Shown here: positions 1-14,600 of the stretch, piece by piece | How the letters are laid out: the number at the start of each line of letters is the position of its first letter | How positions within the stretch are numbered: position 1 is the stretch's first letter | DNA from: Perna viridis | Lineage: Eukaryota | Length of the DNA: 64,000 nucleotides | Assembly: GCA_037379345.1 (NCBI GenBank) | Contig: CM074518.1 | Span: forward strand, 4,526,001 to 4,590,000 | Reading direction: 5' to 3' | Notes under the pieces: model-generated | Seen by the model: only the letters and a program-made list of their open reading frames with translations | What the model was told of the DNA's origin: nothing | Database searches by the model: none | Made by a program: the position numbers and the translations under genes

Positions 1-2760
1 ACGGTGCTGATGGATACACCATAACGATCCACGAGTTCATGATGACGACCATAAAACTTCTGTAGTGATGACTTCAATCTTGTAGCAACATAACCTTGTT
101 CCAGAAGCCAATTTATTAGAGTTCTAGCGCGATACAAAACGTCTGAATAGTTTCGGCAAGCTCTGGCATAACGTATGAGTTGTGATATGAACACTCAATA
201 CGCAGGAGCCGAAGGAATGTTGCCACAGATGAAAGGAAAGTTGACAGTTTTGAATGAAAAGTCGTCACGTTTGTCGTACAGTTTGGTCAAAAGTTTTTCT
301 TTCTAATTGTAGGTCAAGATATGAGGCTGACTTCACATTGTCTGTGGTATCCTTTATCTCAAGTTCTTTTGGGTAGATGCGATGTATCGAATCCCTGAAA
401 TTAGGATTGTTTAAATATAATACGTCATCTATATAGCGGAAACTGAGAATGAAGGATCTAGCTAAACGATATTCTTTCTTTCTGATCAGATCAGCTATAA
501 AGTCAGCCTCACAAGAGTGAAGGAATAGGTCAGCAAGTAAAGGAGCACAATTTGTTCCCATTGGAATGCCGACCGTTTGTTGAAAAACACGTCCACCACA
601 CAAGACAAATATGTTGTCGACTAAAAATTCCAGCATTTTGTAAACATCTTCCTCTGTATATTTGGAAGATGATTTTGAATTATTTCTTACAAAGTATGAG
701 GAATCTCTACCAAGAACTATATATTTGTATCTAGGTGTACAATCTTTTTTGGAAAAAAACAACGATGTATAATGTTTTTAAGTCGGGATCTTAACTGAGT
801 ATGGGGAATAGAAGTATACAGTGTTGAAAAATCATAGGTTTTAATGCTATTATATTCAGATAATAGTCTTGAACTGATTGTCTCTAAAAGATCTTTCGAA
901 TTTTTCAGGATCCACATTGAATTAATACCACTACGGGAGTAACAAGTATTGTGGTAGGACTGTAGACCCTATTTGACAGTTGTGAGTATAGAAGTTAAAA
1001 GTTTTGAAAGAGGTTTGGTGGTTTGCAGATCCAGCTATGAAACGTTGTTTGTATGGATTCTTGTGAAGTTTAGGAATCCAGTACATAGGCGGTAAATCAC
1101 AATCATCGTCCTTGGTATAGAGACCAAAAGAGGATAGCACAGATTTATGGTTTTCCACAATCTCTTTTTTGGAGAGAGTGGTAGCAGTGTAGGTCTTATC
1201 ACTGCCATTATTTTCTGCGTCTACCTCTGATAATAAACATTGGATATAAAACGTTTTGCAGACAAAAACAATGTTGTTGTGGGCTTTGTCTGCTGGTACG
1301 ACAACATATTTGTCATGTATAGTAGACAATGTTTTTGCTACATCAGGGTCTTTGAAAATTGATGTAGCCTTGGCATTCATTGACCTACTTAAAACTTTCA
1401 TTCGTTTCAAAATTAAAGACCTCATGGCCTTTAACCACTCTTACAAAGAATCAATGTCTTCTTGTTCTCGTTTTATCCATTTTCTTGCATAGTCCTCGAC
1501 GGCATCTATAAGAACTTTAAAGTTATAATTCCAATTTATGGAGCGTGGTTCACGGTACTTGGGACCTTTAGAAAGGATATTACGCAGAGATTCATTTTCG
1601 ATAATGGTTAAATCTCCCGTAACGACGTGACCAGAAGGACCATATTTGAATGGAGAGCTTTTGCAAGAACAGTCAGGTGGTTTAGCCTTGAAGTCCTCAA
1701 TCTGCAATAGCCTTTTATAATTGAAAATTTTGGATGCAATGGGTGAAGTATAGGAATATGAAATAATTGGTATGGATTTCTTTGAAATATGGGGGAATTT
1801 TGTTGGTAACGTTTTTGTGATGGAGTATGTTAGCCAAATTTTGCATCTATACCTTTGTTGACAAACGGTAGTGGAAGAAATGATCGTTTTTCTTCATCTT
1901 GACTTTTCACACAAACTGGTTTAAAAAGTCTGTGGAAACCAATACCAAAATGATGGCAACAAGTCTGTATAATGATGAGGTGGGGTCAGAAACAGGAGTG
2001 TCAAGACTTGTTTTTTAAAGGGAGTATTGTAGAGTGAGAGGTGTAGAATAAAGTTTGGTTTTAATGAAGTCCAAGAGGTTTTTGTATGAAAGGAAGGAGA
2101 CCATCTATGGAGACATCATATAACTTAGGTGACGTATAGTAGCGATTGCCATGACTCCTTTCCCGTCTTGGATTTTTGTCAAATAAATTTATCACATTTA
2201 TGTTATTGTTATATTGGCTTGAAAGGTTTCCTATACTTTTGATGTTGTCATTGCATCCGTAAGGTATTGCAGTACCTAATCTGCGTATCCAGTACTCCTC
2301 TCTTTCCCTACGATAGTTTTTACTTAGAACGGAACTGTTCGTAGGATGGTAATTTTTTTCTAAAATACGAACTTTCATGGAGAGGATTGAATGATCTTGT
2401 TGATTAAAGTGTTGATAAATTGTCGAGAATTTGGTGGTGTTAATTCCCGAACGATGACCGCACATTCTTTTATTTAATCGTTCTTGCGTTTCTCCGACAT
2501 ATATTAAACCACACAAGTTGCATTCTAATCCATATATTAAGTTTGTTGATTTGCAACTTAAGTCATCGTGACTTCTTGTATGGAAGGTATTTTTTTGTAA
2601 GGGAACTGGAGAAGTAAGAAAACTTGCCTTTTGACATTTAACTTGGGAAAAGCATCCAAAATCGGTCATTAAAACTTATATGTTTTTCCATTATATAACC
2701 ATACCTACAGTTCTTATGACGACATACAAGAGAATATCAATTGATTTTCATGGATCTCCA
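1..2760 (-). mobile_element. Penelope-like retroelement, GIY-YIG N-terminal to RT (Naiad/Chlamys-type), frameshifted
   Basis: GIY-YIG NLIYGLECNLCGLIYVGET..RMCGHR (2061-2669) lies upstream of RT motifs YWIPKLHK, YDFSTLYTSIPH, GIPMGTNCAPLLADLFL, FRYIDD. The coding region is broken across several frames and runs off the window start. Confidence 0.92.
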
Positions 2761-3112
2761 CAATGTAGGATTTGGAATACTTTTTACAGGAATTGTTGGA
2801 TTTGCTTGTGTGAGTGTATCAACATAACTTTATTACTATAAAATGTCATAAAATTGTTTGCAGTGGCATATCTATGAAGTGGAACCTAAAATAAAAAAAA
2901 ATGGCAAATACCAACGAAACTGGAAGTTGATATTGGACTGCACCTAAAATTGCTTACAACATATACCTCATATTTAAAAAGTCACACACCATCATCCATA
3001 AGTAGCCGAAAAAATTGCGACCAAATTCAGACGAATTGACGAATATACACTCCAATCGTTGAGTGGGGATGTAAAAATAATTGAATTTTAGCATATACAT
3101 TATCTAACATAC

Positions 3113-5690
3113 CTCAACAAATGTTGAATTTCCATGTATTTCGGAAGATAAACTAATCAAACCTTCACTGTTGATAAATTTAGAACCTATTTCATGGTTC
3201 ATTTTGAAATGTAACTGTCCATATCCATGATAGAAAGGATATTTGTCTAAAGACTGCATGGAAATATGATTCTTGACATCATTTTCTAATACAGCAACGT
3301 TGTAAAATTTCATCTATGAAAGAGAAAAGTACAAAAAAAGTTTTCTTAAACTATCAATGATGAACCAATTTATCAATGAGGTTTTCTTTTAAATGCCATG
3401 TCCTCTGTTCACAAATTTACTCTGGTTTTAGTATAAAATATCTAGAAGAACCCTTTCCAATTAGTGGTTGGTATGTTTTGCAGTGTATAACATAGTAATG
3501 TTATTGTAATTATTCGTTCCTTGCGACTTCCAAGTGAACATTGTCATTTTGTGTACAACAAGCTATTAATGCACAAATAAATTTAATCCTTGTTTGTTTT
3601 TAAATCAGTATGATTATTATTTGAATTTTTATTTATCCACTTAAAACAAAACTCGTAATTTTAACATTCATTCAAAGTCTTGTGCTTTTAAAGATAAAAA
3701 AGCCTCCTTTAAAAACAAAATATAGTGTAAATGAGTTCATACTATATAATTTAGCAGTGATTGTTTGAATGGTCCCAGTGTAATAAGTTTCGATAATTCA
3801 CATGTAAAAATCATTTTCACTCGCGAACTTTCTCCTTCCAAAAGTTCATAACACGAATATGAATTCACCGAGATCACAAAATTTAAAATTCATCTTGTAA
3901 ATAACAATAAATTATGAAGAAAAATCTTTAAAATGAACAGGATAATCAAGTTATTGTAAATAATCAAAGTTATCACGCCATTTAACTCGTGCGAAAGTTC
4001 CGCTCACTGGTCAAACCCGGACGTTCATCGACACTCATGATTAATTGAATGGAAATAAAAAGTTTTTCTGTTAATTTCGTTTATTATCTAACACCTAATG
4101 TATACACAGACTTTTTAATGCCTAAAGGAATATTTTATATCATTCTGTCATAATTTTATAGAGGACATGTAGATGATTTCCGTGGTCATAATTACATCGC
4201 ACACACATAATCAACTAAGTAATATGAATTCGTTAAATTCACCATTTAAACAGACCTCTTAATATCAATTGTCTGACTTTAAGTTCATTCGTATTGGACA
4301 TTCACAGAAATACATGGATAAAGAATTTAATAAAAGATTTTAAATTATACATAGCCCCAAAAACAATCGAGAAACATTTTATTGAACCTACCTCGTCAAT
4401 CATGCCCTCAAAGAAACTTTGTTTATCTGTTCCTAGGTATAATTCCACATCTGAAGTGTCTGTGTAGTAGGTCTGTGATGAGTTAAAAAAAAACTCAGAG
4501 AAATGAGAAATTAATAAACACAACAGTACTGTATTGACAAAAATGTTGCTTTATGATATTACATCTAGAAAAGGAAGAAATGTATGATTATGGTTGACTG
4601 TTCTTTGGAGTTTCTTTGTATTTCTATAGTAGATGAGGAACGAAAATTCAGTTTGAAAATTGAAAAAAATTATTAATGATAAGCTATAATTCTTGTGAGG
4701 AGGTATGATATGAAGCAGGTTTAAACTGTAGAAGGACGAAGTTGACTAAATATTTGTTTTACGATTTTTTACTTACTATGATTTATTTCCTTTAAAATAT
4801 AACAAAATTTTAGACGAAAACATTGAATATTTTATTATGTTAAACGTACGAAACAAGTAAAGATCCTTACTCAGTATTACAACTTTCTGTCAGATTCAAA
4901 TTAGGTTCTCACTGCTTCTAAGATCATAGGTAAAATTAGTATTGATAACCGTTATGATAAACTTTGTCATTAATTATGTTAATGATATTAATATTTCATT
5001 GATAATTTTAATTAAAGCAAAGCACACTCTGACCTTTTGATTTAAAACACATACCAGATCGAGTGGTTCTACAGAAGCCACTGTACCACTTACAACCCCA
5101 TTTATGTATAATTTCAAGCTGTACTCTGGAAGATACATGTAAGGCATATAATGTTATTCTTTTTGTTATTTGTGACTTAGTTGTAGCAAACATTCACTAA
5201 AGTATCAGCTTCATGCTGATAGTCTAAACGCTTAATAAATAATAAACTATCAAAGACTCAAATCACAACATCAAAACTAAGGTATCGAAAAAAGTAAATG
5301 TTCAAGCTGCATTATCATTATAATTGTATTTTCCGAAATGTGTTTCATCTACATTCATACAGTCTTGACTCCTGTGACACATTTCACCTTAAGGGATTTA
5401 CAAGGCTCTATAGTTGACAGCAGCAAAGTTACATAAACAGTTAGCAATTTAAATATCGACAAATCAATCAAAAATGGAATATCTCACCAGACTCATCATA
5501 CTGCATCATTATATGACTCCATTTGTTCTGGGAAATTGTTGTATTTGATGACGTTGTGGCATTGCCGTACTGTACATGCACGTGAAATGACTCTAACCAT
5601 AAACACATCAGGTGTGATTCAGTGCAGACAAGAGGCATTTTAGTTATTGGACTTCCATTTTCCATAGAGATCCAAACGTCTATACTGAAG
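3113..5690 (-). CDS. mega-TSP exons 55-58: extra C-terminal LamG/ConA-like domain
   Basis: Exons 5690-5488 (SFSIDVWI...WSHIMMQYD), 5125-5055 (LKLYING), 4472-4392 (LYLG....FEGMIDE) and 3313-3113 (MKFYN...), a LamG-like jellyroll motif series. Confidence 0.85.
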
Positions 5691-8600
5691 CTTAAAAAAA
5701 AGACATAAATGAAGTGGTGAGATGTTTTGAAATGAGTATCTACAGGTCTACGTCAGGGAAGAAAAAAGAAGTTTGTAAATTGTAATTACTACCAGTATTT
5801 AGGACGTTAGGTAGCACGTTAAGTTGATTTAAGATTCCTTCTCCCGCTTTGTGTGATTATAAATGTAGCAATTCAGGCAATGTATAAACAACAATTTAAA
5901 AAGGTATTAGTATTACAAACGGATACATTTAGTTGGCGTTGAATGACTAAGGTCTCTAAATGAATTCAGTAAAACATAATTGAAGAAAGGACAAATTAGC
6001 ATAGCACACCAAAGTCCCTAAATAATCTACTGATTGGCCAATACAGTTTGAATTTCTTTTTATTAGTAATGTTCCAATGTCATCGTTAGTCAATTAACAG
6101 AAGGATTGTTACACATTTATCTGATAAAAGTTGGTTTACCTTTTATTAATGCTTAATTTGGTTATTTCAGTTATCATTACGTAAGTACCACCATCAAGTT
6201 TCAAGGCTTTATTCGCTCTGTCCAAACAGTGGACCCATATATCTGAGAACAATGCCATCTGTTGGCCGAACTGGTACACTCCGACACGTCCACCTGTAAT
6301 TCGTGTGTTGTACACGTCACCACTGTCGACAAGTAAGCGATCCAAATCATAAAGCTGAAATCTGAAATGAAATCCAAAGGGCTTAATCCTTAGTAAAGGT
6401 TTCCAACACTTAAGAGGGTATCCATGTAAAAACCGGACCAGTAGGTGGCACATGAAAGATTTTGTTTTCCAAATAAAATTTCTTCAATTTCGTACCACAA
6501 ATGCATCCTTCCTCAAAGTTGAATATTAGTTTTTGATTAACTGCAACAATTAAAGACAAATAGATAATATACAAAGCCTTGAAATTAATTAAAAAAAGAG
6601 GAAGTAACGCTTTATTTTGTGCGAAAGTTGTTTGCTTTATTAAGGAAGTTTGAAATTTCTTTCTGAACCATTCATTGCCACTTATAAAAACTTTACATAC
6701 ATAACACTTTAGTATGGTATAAACATTATATAAAAACCAAATATTCAGTGTGGTAAATATATTATGTTGTTCCATCAATATCAAAAGATTTTCCAGATTT
6801 GTACATGGACAAACTCTTACATCAATTATCAAGAAGTTATAATATATAAGATGAAGAAAATGGGAATATGTCTTCTTATAGTTTTGTAAGCTGAATAATG
6901 TTTGTAGTGCCAGACATACATATTCCTGTGGGAGACGACTTAATTCGTAATGAAAATAAGGACTTGTGTAGTGTTTTAATAACAATAATTTTTATTTTGA
7001 ATAATGCAGTATGTACTTTTGGGTTAAGTTTTACTTCATTGATTGCACTGAGAAAACTGAGAATTTTAGCAAATAAATACTTAATCTCGTTAGAGCAAAG
7101 TGAATTAAGTACGAAAGCGATGAGTGAAATGTCATATAGAATTCATTTTTTTTTTCTGATAATTATCCAAATCAAATTGAGTATTATGCATACAAAATCA
7201 TAAGACAAAATACCTAATTTTGCCTATGTCTGAATGATGGGTAAGCAGCCACTTATAAGACGTATTATTACTCCAATGAGTAGTATTTCTATCTTGCCAA
7301 ATAACGATTGTTTCGTTTTCTGTGGAACTACTATCCCATAGCGCTTGCGCAAGATTTGCACCTGGTCCACTCTTTGAATCAACTACCTAGAAGTTCAAAA
7401 AATTTAAACTTATCAATATGATATCCTTATGTTCTACATCTTAATTTATGTTGTGTTTGTTTTTATTGCTATTTTCTATTCCTTTTATACCAATGTTTGA
7501 TAATTACAATAATGAAGAGATTACCTGTATAATTAGGACTTCTCATGTTTTCTTCTCTCAAAACGCTTTTGATTTAAGAACAAAATTGCGCGCATTGAAA
7601 CGTTAATTCCAATTTTGCAATGTAACATACAACATAAATGAAATATTTATGAAGACGAAGTGCTTTGTTACGTGTATTTCCTACCTTTATTTGAATACCC
7701 CTTATTGCTGCCTTGTAAGTTCTTCTAAAAAGATTCTCGTTTTTCGTTTTCCATGACACGATATAAAATCGTAGAGTACTCTGATATCCAAAAACAATCC
7801 CTACGTAATTATCTTCGGTATCAGATCGGGCATATATAGTCCCACTGTAACTAACAGATGCATATGACTGCCGTCCTGTGAAAGATAATTATAAATAACC
7901 TTCATAACTAACCCGTTGCAGCCTGATGATGTTCCTTATCAGGACGAAACTATATATCTTAAAGAAGACGATGCTTACCAACCACTTCTATTATTAGTTG
8001 CTTCAAAGTTATTTAGGTACCCATTGACGTGAATTATGTTTCTGTTCTTCTTGATCTTTTCACAATTGTTAGTAAAGAAAGACCATGACCAACATTTGTT
8101 TTCATTTGTAAAATGTTGTGGTGTCTTTACTGATCTCTCATTGTATATCAAAATTTCGCAATGTTCATAGATAAACAATATTGGACCATCAAATTTGAGA
8201 CAAATTGTGATTTGTTTCTTTACAACTAACGATGATCTGGTTTTTAAGGACTTTATAAATGCATTGCAAACTTTGGTTTTCATATATTTGGTATCGGTCC
8301 GTGATAAAGACTTGTCACGAGTTATTGTATGGGTATAAAAACTGAAAACGTATGTGAAAGAGAATACAGAGGTCCAAAAAAAAAAGAACACTAACCAATA
8401 AGCATTGAAGGACCTTTAGTAGCTGCCAGCTGATAGATTTCCCTCCCAGCTCCTTTGATCCACCACTGTGGAGTGTTTTCAAGATCAACACCAGGATACA
8501 AATCAATAATCATGTGATCAATAAATGATGTTGTAGATACAGACGGATTATGTGGACATGTGTCGTTAATATCATCCACCCCATCTCCATCAGAATCAAC

Positions 8601-11600
8601 TACACAGTCGTCCCCTACTTGATCACCTAAGTTCGGTATGAGTTAGAGACATAAATTAATTGTACCACAGTTACAGAACTTGAAGCACATTTCTTTGCTC
8701 TTATTGCTCTTCGAATTATCCGTGAAGTTAAATTCTTACATACAGAAATATTCAACAGAGTTTATAACTAATTATTTTAACAGCCGAATCGAATACGGTA
8801 CTATAATAAAAAGTACCGACTTTTAATGTTTTTCTCAAATCAGGGTTAGTATCGTTTTCCTTTACCATTTGGTTTAAAATGTACACAAAGACATTTTTAA
8901 TAGGTAGCTTTCATTGGCCTGCAAAATTGTTTTCTAAAAAATATTATTGCAGTAGATGCTACTGATCATTATTTTGATTATAGGTAAGTGATTTTTTGCA
9001 TATAAAAAAACTGATACACACAATAAAGATGAAATAACCAAAATAATACACACAAAAGTAACAAATATAAATGAACAACCCGGACTCCACTATAAACTGG
9101 GAGCATAGACCAGGTGCACCGGTAGGGTAAGCGTCCTCTTCTGTTCTAGAAAAATCTACCGAGTTGCTCATAAAAAGTCCAAGGTAGGCGAAAGAGGAAA
9201 GGAAAACAATGACACGTTGACCAAATCAATTTTCATGGTGCAGATGCATATACTGTAACGACCCACGAGTTCATGATGACGACCATAAGACTTCTGTCGT
9301 GATGACATCAATCGTGTAGCAACATTACCCTGTTCTAGAAGCCTAATTGGAAGAAGTCTAGTGCGATCCAAAAAGTCTGCGTAATTACGGCCAGCCCTGG
9401 CATAACGTTTGAGGTGTGACATGAAAACTCAAATCAAAAATAATTTTCTAAAATTCGGTTTTGCTGTACACATGTAATGATATGCTGTTTTCAATGACGA
9501 AGACAAGTGTTTCCATAATCGTTGTTTCTCCAAATAAGATGGTACACCTAGATACAAATATATAGTTCTTGGTAGAGATTCCTTATAATTTGTAAAAATA
9601 ATTCCAAATCTTCTTCCAAATATACCGAAAAAGATGTTTTCAACATGCTGGAATTTTTTATCGACAACATTTTTGTCAAGTGATCGTCATTATGAACTCG
9701 TGGATCGCTACGATGTATTCATATGCAACATACAAACTGATTTGTTCAACGTGTCATAATTTTACTTTCCTCTTTCGTCTACCGTGGACTTTACTTTTCA
9801 TGAGCAACTCGGTGGGTGTTTTTAGAACAGCAGAGGACACTAACCCTACTGGTGCACCTGGTCCATGCTCCCAGTTTTTAGTGCAGTCCGAGTTGGTTGC
9901 TCATTTACTTTTGTTACTTTGTATGTACTATTTTAGTTACTTTATGTTCTTCGTTGTGTATGTCTGTTGTTCATGTCTGGTCGTTGTCCCTGGATTACAT
10001 TCTTTTGATTTCCACAAGAATCTTGGGTCCCTTGATTACTCTTTCGACAGACAATATGAATATCGAATGACACTAAATATGGTCTTCCAACTGTTGATCA
10101 TTTTCTACCATTAAACGGTTCTATAAAAGCACCGTGCAAAAGTTCATGTATCACCGAATGTGGAATGTTGGCCACAGATGAAGGACGTCGCTAAAAACGT
10201 TCTGCATTTGTCAATATGACTGACTCCTCGGTTTTATAACATACACCTTCGCATCAAGAGAAAGTTTCTCTCAAGTCACTGGGAATAAGCATCAAAAGGG
10301 CAGCATCGACAGTGTCTTGATAGAAATGCTCATTTATCTGAAGCTTCCTGCTCGTAATATAACTTAAAGACGTAATCCTGCCTAAATAATTAAGCATGAA
10401 AAATGCTGCATATTGTTAATTCAAGACTGATCGTTTATCAAAAAGATTTTATAAGGCGGTTATAATGATTCTCGATATCACATTGTATTACAAAAGGATA
10501 TCAGACTAAATAACTTTATTCTTACCATTAAAATCCTTTTGTAAAGGATTCGATAAATAAGGACAATTGTCCTTAGTATTATCCACGCTATCAGCGTCAA
10601 TATCAGTATCACAGCTGTCACCTTTAAAACAAGGATCGTGTTATGTAATTAAAGTATATTACATATAACAACAAAATATAGTGTTTTTTTTCTTTCAAAA
10701 GTGGAGTCACAAAATTGTTCTTGTTAAGATTACAAGATGAAAAGCATAGAGCTCGAGTTGTGTTATTATCAGACTAAAAATGAATTCGGTATAAAACTTA
10801 CGCGTGACAATAGTTTTATATTGATATAGCGCGCCAAAATACTCTCAAATTATTCTCTAAATTTTATTTAGTTGGTTATAATGAGTGTAGTTGTTTTTGA
10901 ATGGGTATATGTTCATATAAATAGGCCCTTAATGCAATCCTTTGCGCGGTCTAAATATCCATTGGATTTGCTCATCACATTACAAAAAAAAAAGAATTTT
11001 TTACACCCATTCAGACAAACCTAGTCCATCTTTATCTATGTCGGATTGCTCGCCATTTGCTACATCAATACAGTTATCGACTGAATCGAGAATCCCATCA
11101 CCATCTCTGTAAAAATCACATGATGGTTTCATGAATTAGAATAACAGTAGGCATCAATATTTATACATGTTTCATGTCTCTTTGACGTATGGTTGTTATA
11201 TGTCTGTTTTAAAAAAGTTATATAAGCACAATTCATTCAAAACGTCTGATTCGTAAGATTAGTTAATTACTTTGTAGCTTTACCTGTCTAAATTTCCACT
11301 GCTATTGGAAGTACATGCATCTCCTATTCCATTTTGGTCTGTATCAATCTGATCACTATTGGACTGGTTAGGACAGTTATCACAAGCATCACCATATCCG
11401 TCCCCATCTCTATCATCCTGACTTGGGTTTCTGGTTACCGGACAATTATCGGATGTATCTGTTATGCCTTGCAAAAGAAGAACACTCTATTATAAACGAG
11501 CTTAACTTTCAAGATAAACATCACGATCTCATGACTCTAGGTTCAGATTAATATTGATCATATATATTGCTGTCATATTTTTAGACTCTTATAATATCAA

Positions 11601-14600
11601 AAGCTATGAGAAGTGTCACTATTTTATAATAATTTATATTCATTAGTTTTAATAGTGTTACTTTGCCGTCACGATGACAGTTACTTAGTATATTTCCAGT
11701 ATTGTCAAACACAAACTCGGGATCACTATTGCATATAACATTATTAGTAGAACTACAGTAAAAGGGAAAACGAACATATAATAATAATTAAAAAACAAAA
11801 TCTTTTAGTGAGATACAACCAGCTGTAAACAGTAACAGCCTATAAACCAGACACTATATATAAGCTAAGTATGAGTCGCTTGACAGGTTAAAAAGTCAAT
11901 CCATACCATCGTTATCACTGTCCGTGTCACAGACATCTCCAGTACCATCACTGTCAGTATCTGTCTGATCTGGGTTTGATGTTCCCACACAGTTGTCACA
12001 AGGATTTCCAATTCCGTCTCCATCAGTGTCTGTCTGATCAAAGCTTTTGGTGAAAGGACAGTTGTCCTGTTAAAATGATATATAATATTCAAATTAACAG
12101 GAAAGTGTCATGCATTTCAATGTTTCAAATCAGATCTTGTGTAATAAAAAACTAATACATAACAGAATACCTTGTATAATTGGAGGTGAGATAATGGAAA
12201 ACTATGATGATTTGGAATTGAGATCACATAGAAAGGAATGGGAAAAAAATCAGAAATCGAGCAAATAATAATAAAAAAAAAATAATTAGCAAATAAAAAC
12301 AACAAGCTGCTTTTTCCTGTAGATGCAAGGTCAATGCTAGTGATCGGGTAATGTACAACATTATGTTTTGTGCGAGAAATGCAAACATCGTATGATTGCT
12401 CTGAAAAAATACTTCCTTTCAGTTCTCGTCTTAAAACCTTCTAGATCTACCGTCTGACACGATATGAACAGAATCGTATAAAGTTTTTGAAAAACGTTGT
12501 CATATTCCAGCCTGTAATGCAACTTCCGCTGAAGGTTTTTAATATGGTACAACATAACAGTTGTGATGTTAAGATTTAAGGTTAAACATGCGCCCTTAAA
12601 ACGTTAAACCACATCAATTTAACACAACCAGTAATAAGGAAAATAATTGCTTTTTATTAAATTACAATTGATGGATTTATTTTTTCTCACCAAAAACATT
12701 TTACCTATTTGTTTTTTAGTGATATCTGAGAAGAAAGATATTCTGAATTACTAACTATACTATTAATTTTTCCATCATTGTCTTTATCATCATCACAGTC
12801 ATCTCCACTATTATCCCCATCAGCGTCTTCCTGTCCAGAATTCGGAATTGATATGCAATTGTCCTGAAGAAAGTTATAGCTATCATATACTCTTTTTTGA
12901 GTCAATTTTATAGTTTGTGATAGATCTTTGCTAGAAATGTTAATACTACAATCCATGCTGTTTAAAGTTAGTGCTTCTTTTAACTATTAAGAACTATTAT
13001 TAACTTTTAAATGAAGTTATTCTTTTGATTTTAGCTTATACATAGCTTTCCCCGATCAAAATATCTTCTGCTTTATTTTAATTGGAAAGTATTGTAGAAG
13101 AAACATGTGTTTTTGTTCTAAACAAGTGACAGGATGAAAAGTTGACAAATTGACAGAGAGCTTGAAGATGACACAAACAATACGGTGATTTAATTTAATG
13201 TCATGACAATGTATAGCGGTATTGATAATTACCCGTTTACATCCCCAATCAGAGCACGGCAGTGATACATTAGGGTGGCCATCCAGATCTGTATCTTTTC
13301 CACAATGGTATCCGTTCCCGGCATATCCTATTGGACACTATCACAGAAATAATTATTTCTTAGATTGAATAATTCGCGAAAATAGATATCATCAGGTTAA
13401 GTAAGTACTTTTTACCTAAAGGTCCCTTTCACTGATTTACTGATTTTGTATCACGGATTTTTGATCAAATCTGTTCCTTTTTTTTTAAAAAAATGATGCT
13501 AAAACGATGTTTACTACAGGAATAAAAAGTGTTTTGATTTTACTCAAACAGTAAAAACTAACCTCGCATCTATATTCTTTCGGACCTATATATGTACATG
13601 TGGCGACCTCTGCACATTTATTCTGGCCTGTTTGGCAATAATTTGTTGAGTAACAAACAACATCAGGGATACCAGTGTAACCTTCCGCACAATATCCACA
13701 GTAAAAGCTTCCCTATTGTATATATAGTAACATTTATGAGATTCAGAATCACATATAATATGTTGGTTTGCAACATTTCACCCATTTCTTGAAATATATA
13801 AATAATTCTTATATGACGTGCTTCAAAGCCCTTTAGACCACAGCCATGCTACAAACGTGATAAATACATGACCAACACTTCGTGCAAAATATTAGCTGCG
13901 TCTATTAAAAATACGAAGAACCTAGTCCTATTAGAATAGAAATAAAACACGAAAACTGATTTTTAACCTGATATTTATGTCGTTATTTAACTCCTCGTTA
14001 TCACTTGGGATAAAACAATGCGACATAAATGGCCAGCCTGTGGTAAAACAATGATAAAATGGAGTTTCCGTGATTTATTTTTAAAATAGATTATATTGTA
14101 TTGGCATCATTTAATAGGTACAAAACTTTAAAATACAGACTTTCATTCATACTAATCTGTTAAACAAACTATGAACTGACTCACAATGGAATTGTTTTAC
14201 CCGTGATTAATCTCCTCCTGCGATTATCTACAATCATATTTTCGTAATGCGTGTTTACATGTGATTTAAACAATGGGTACAGCATCCTGAACAATAAAAA
14301 ATGTTGCAACTTAATTTGACGTAAACGATGTTTGTTGGGAACGCTCATCAACAGAGCCATTAAACGAAGTAAAATAAATAAGACTTAATGTTTACAATAA
14401 AAAGTCATTAAATAAAATGATAAAGTTATCATTTCAGTTATAATTAGAGCATATTTATTCCAGTTAAAACTGTCTTAACGACAATTTCTATTCAGCAGTA
14501 GTCTGCTTGACACTGATCAAGCTCTGTAGTATACTATAATAACCTTCCTTTATATAACTATGATTTTGTTCTCCCTTAAAAAAATCAGTAAAAGAAGGAT

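Noticed and set aside
6410-7203. 191-aa and 101-aa ORFs
   Set aside because: Low-complexity AT-rich intron translations with no motifs.
9800-9870. SECIS element in the Penelope-like 3' region
   Set aside because: AUGA is present, but there is no properly placed 3' GA of the quartet.
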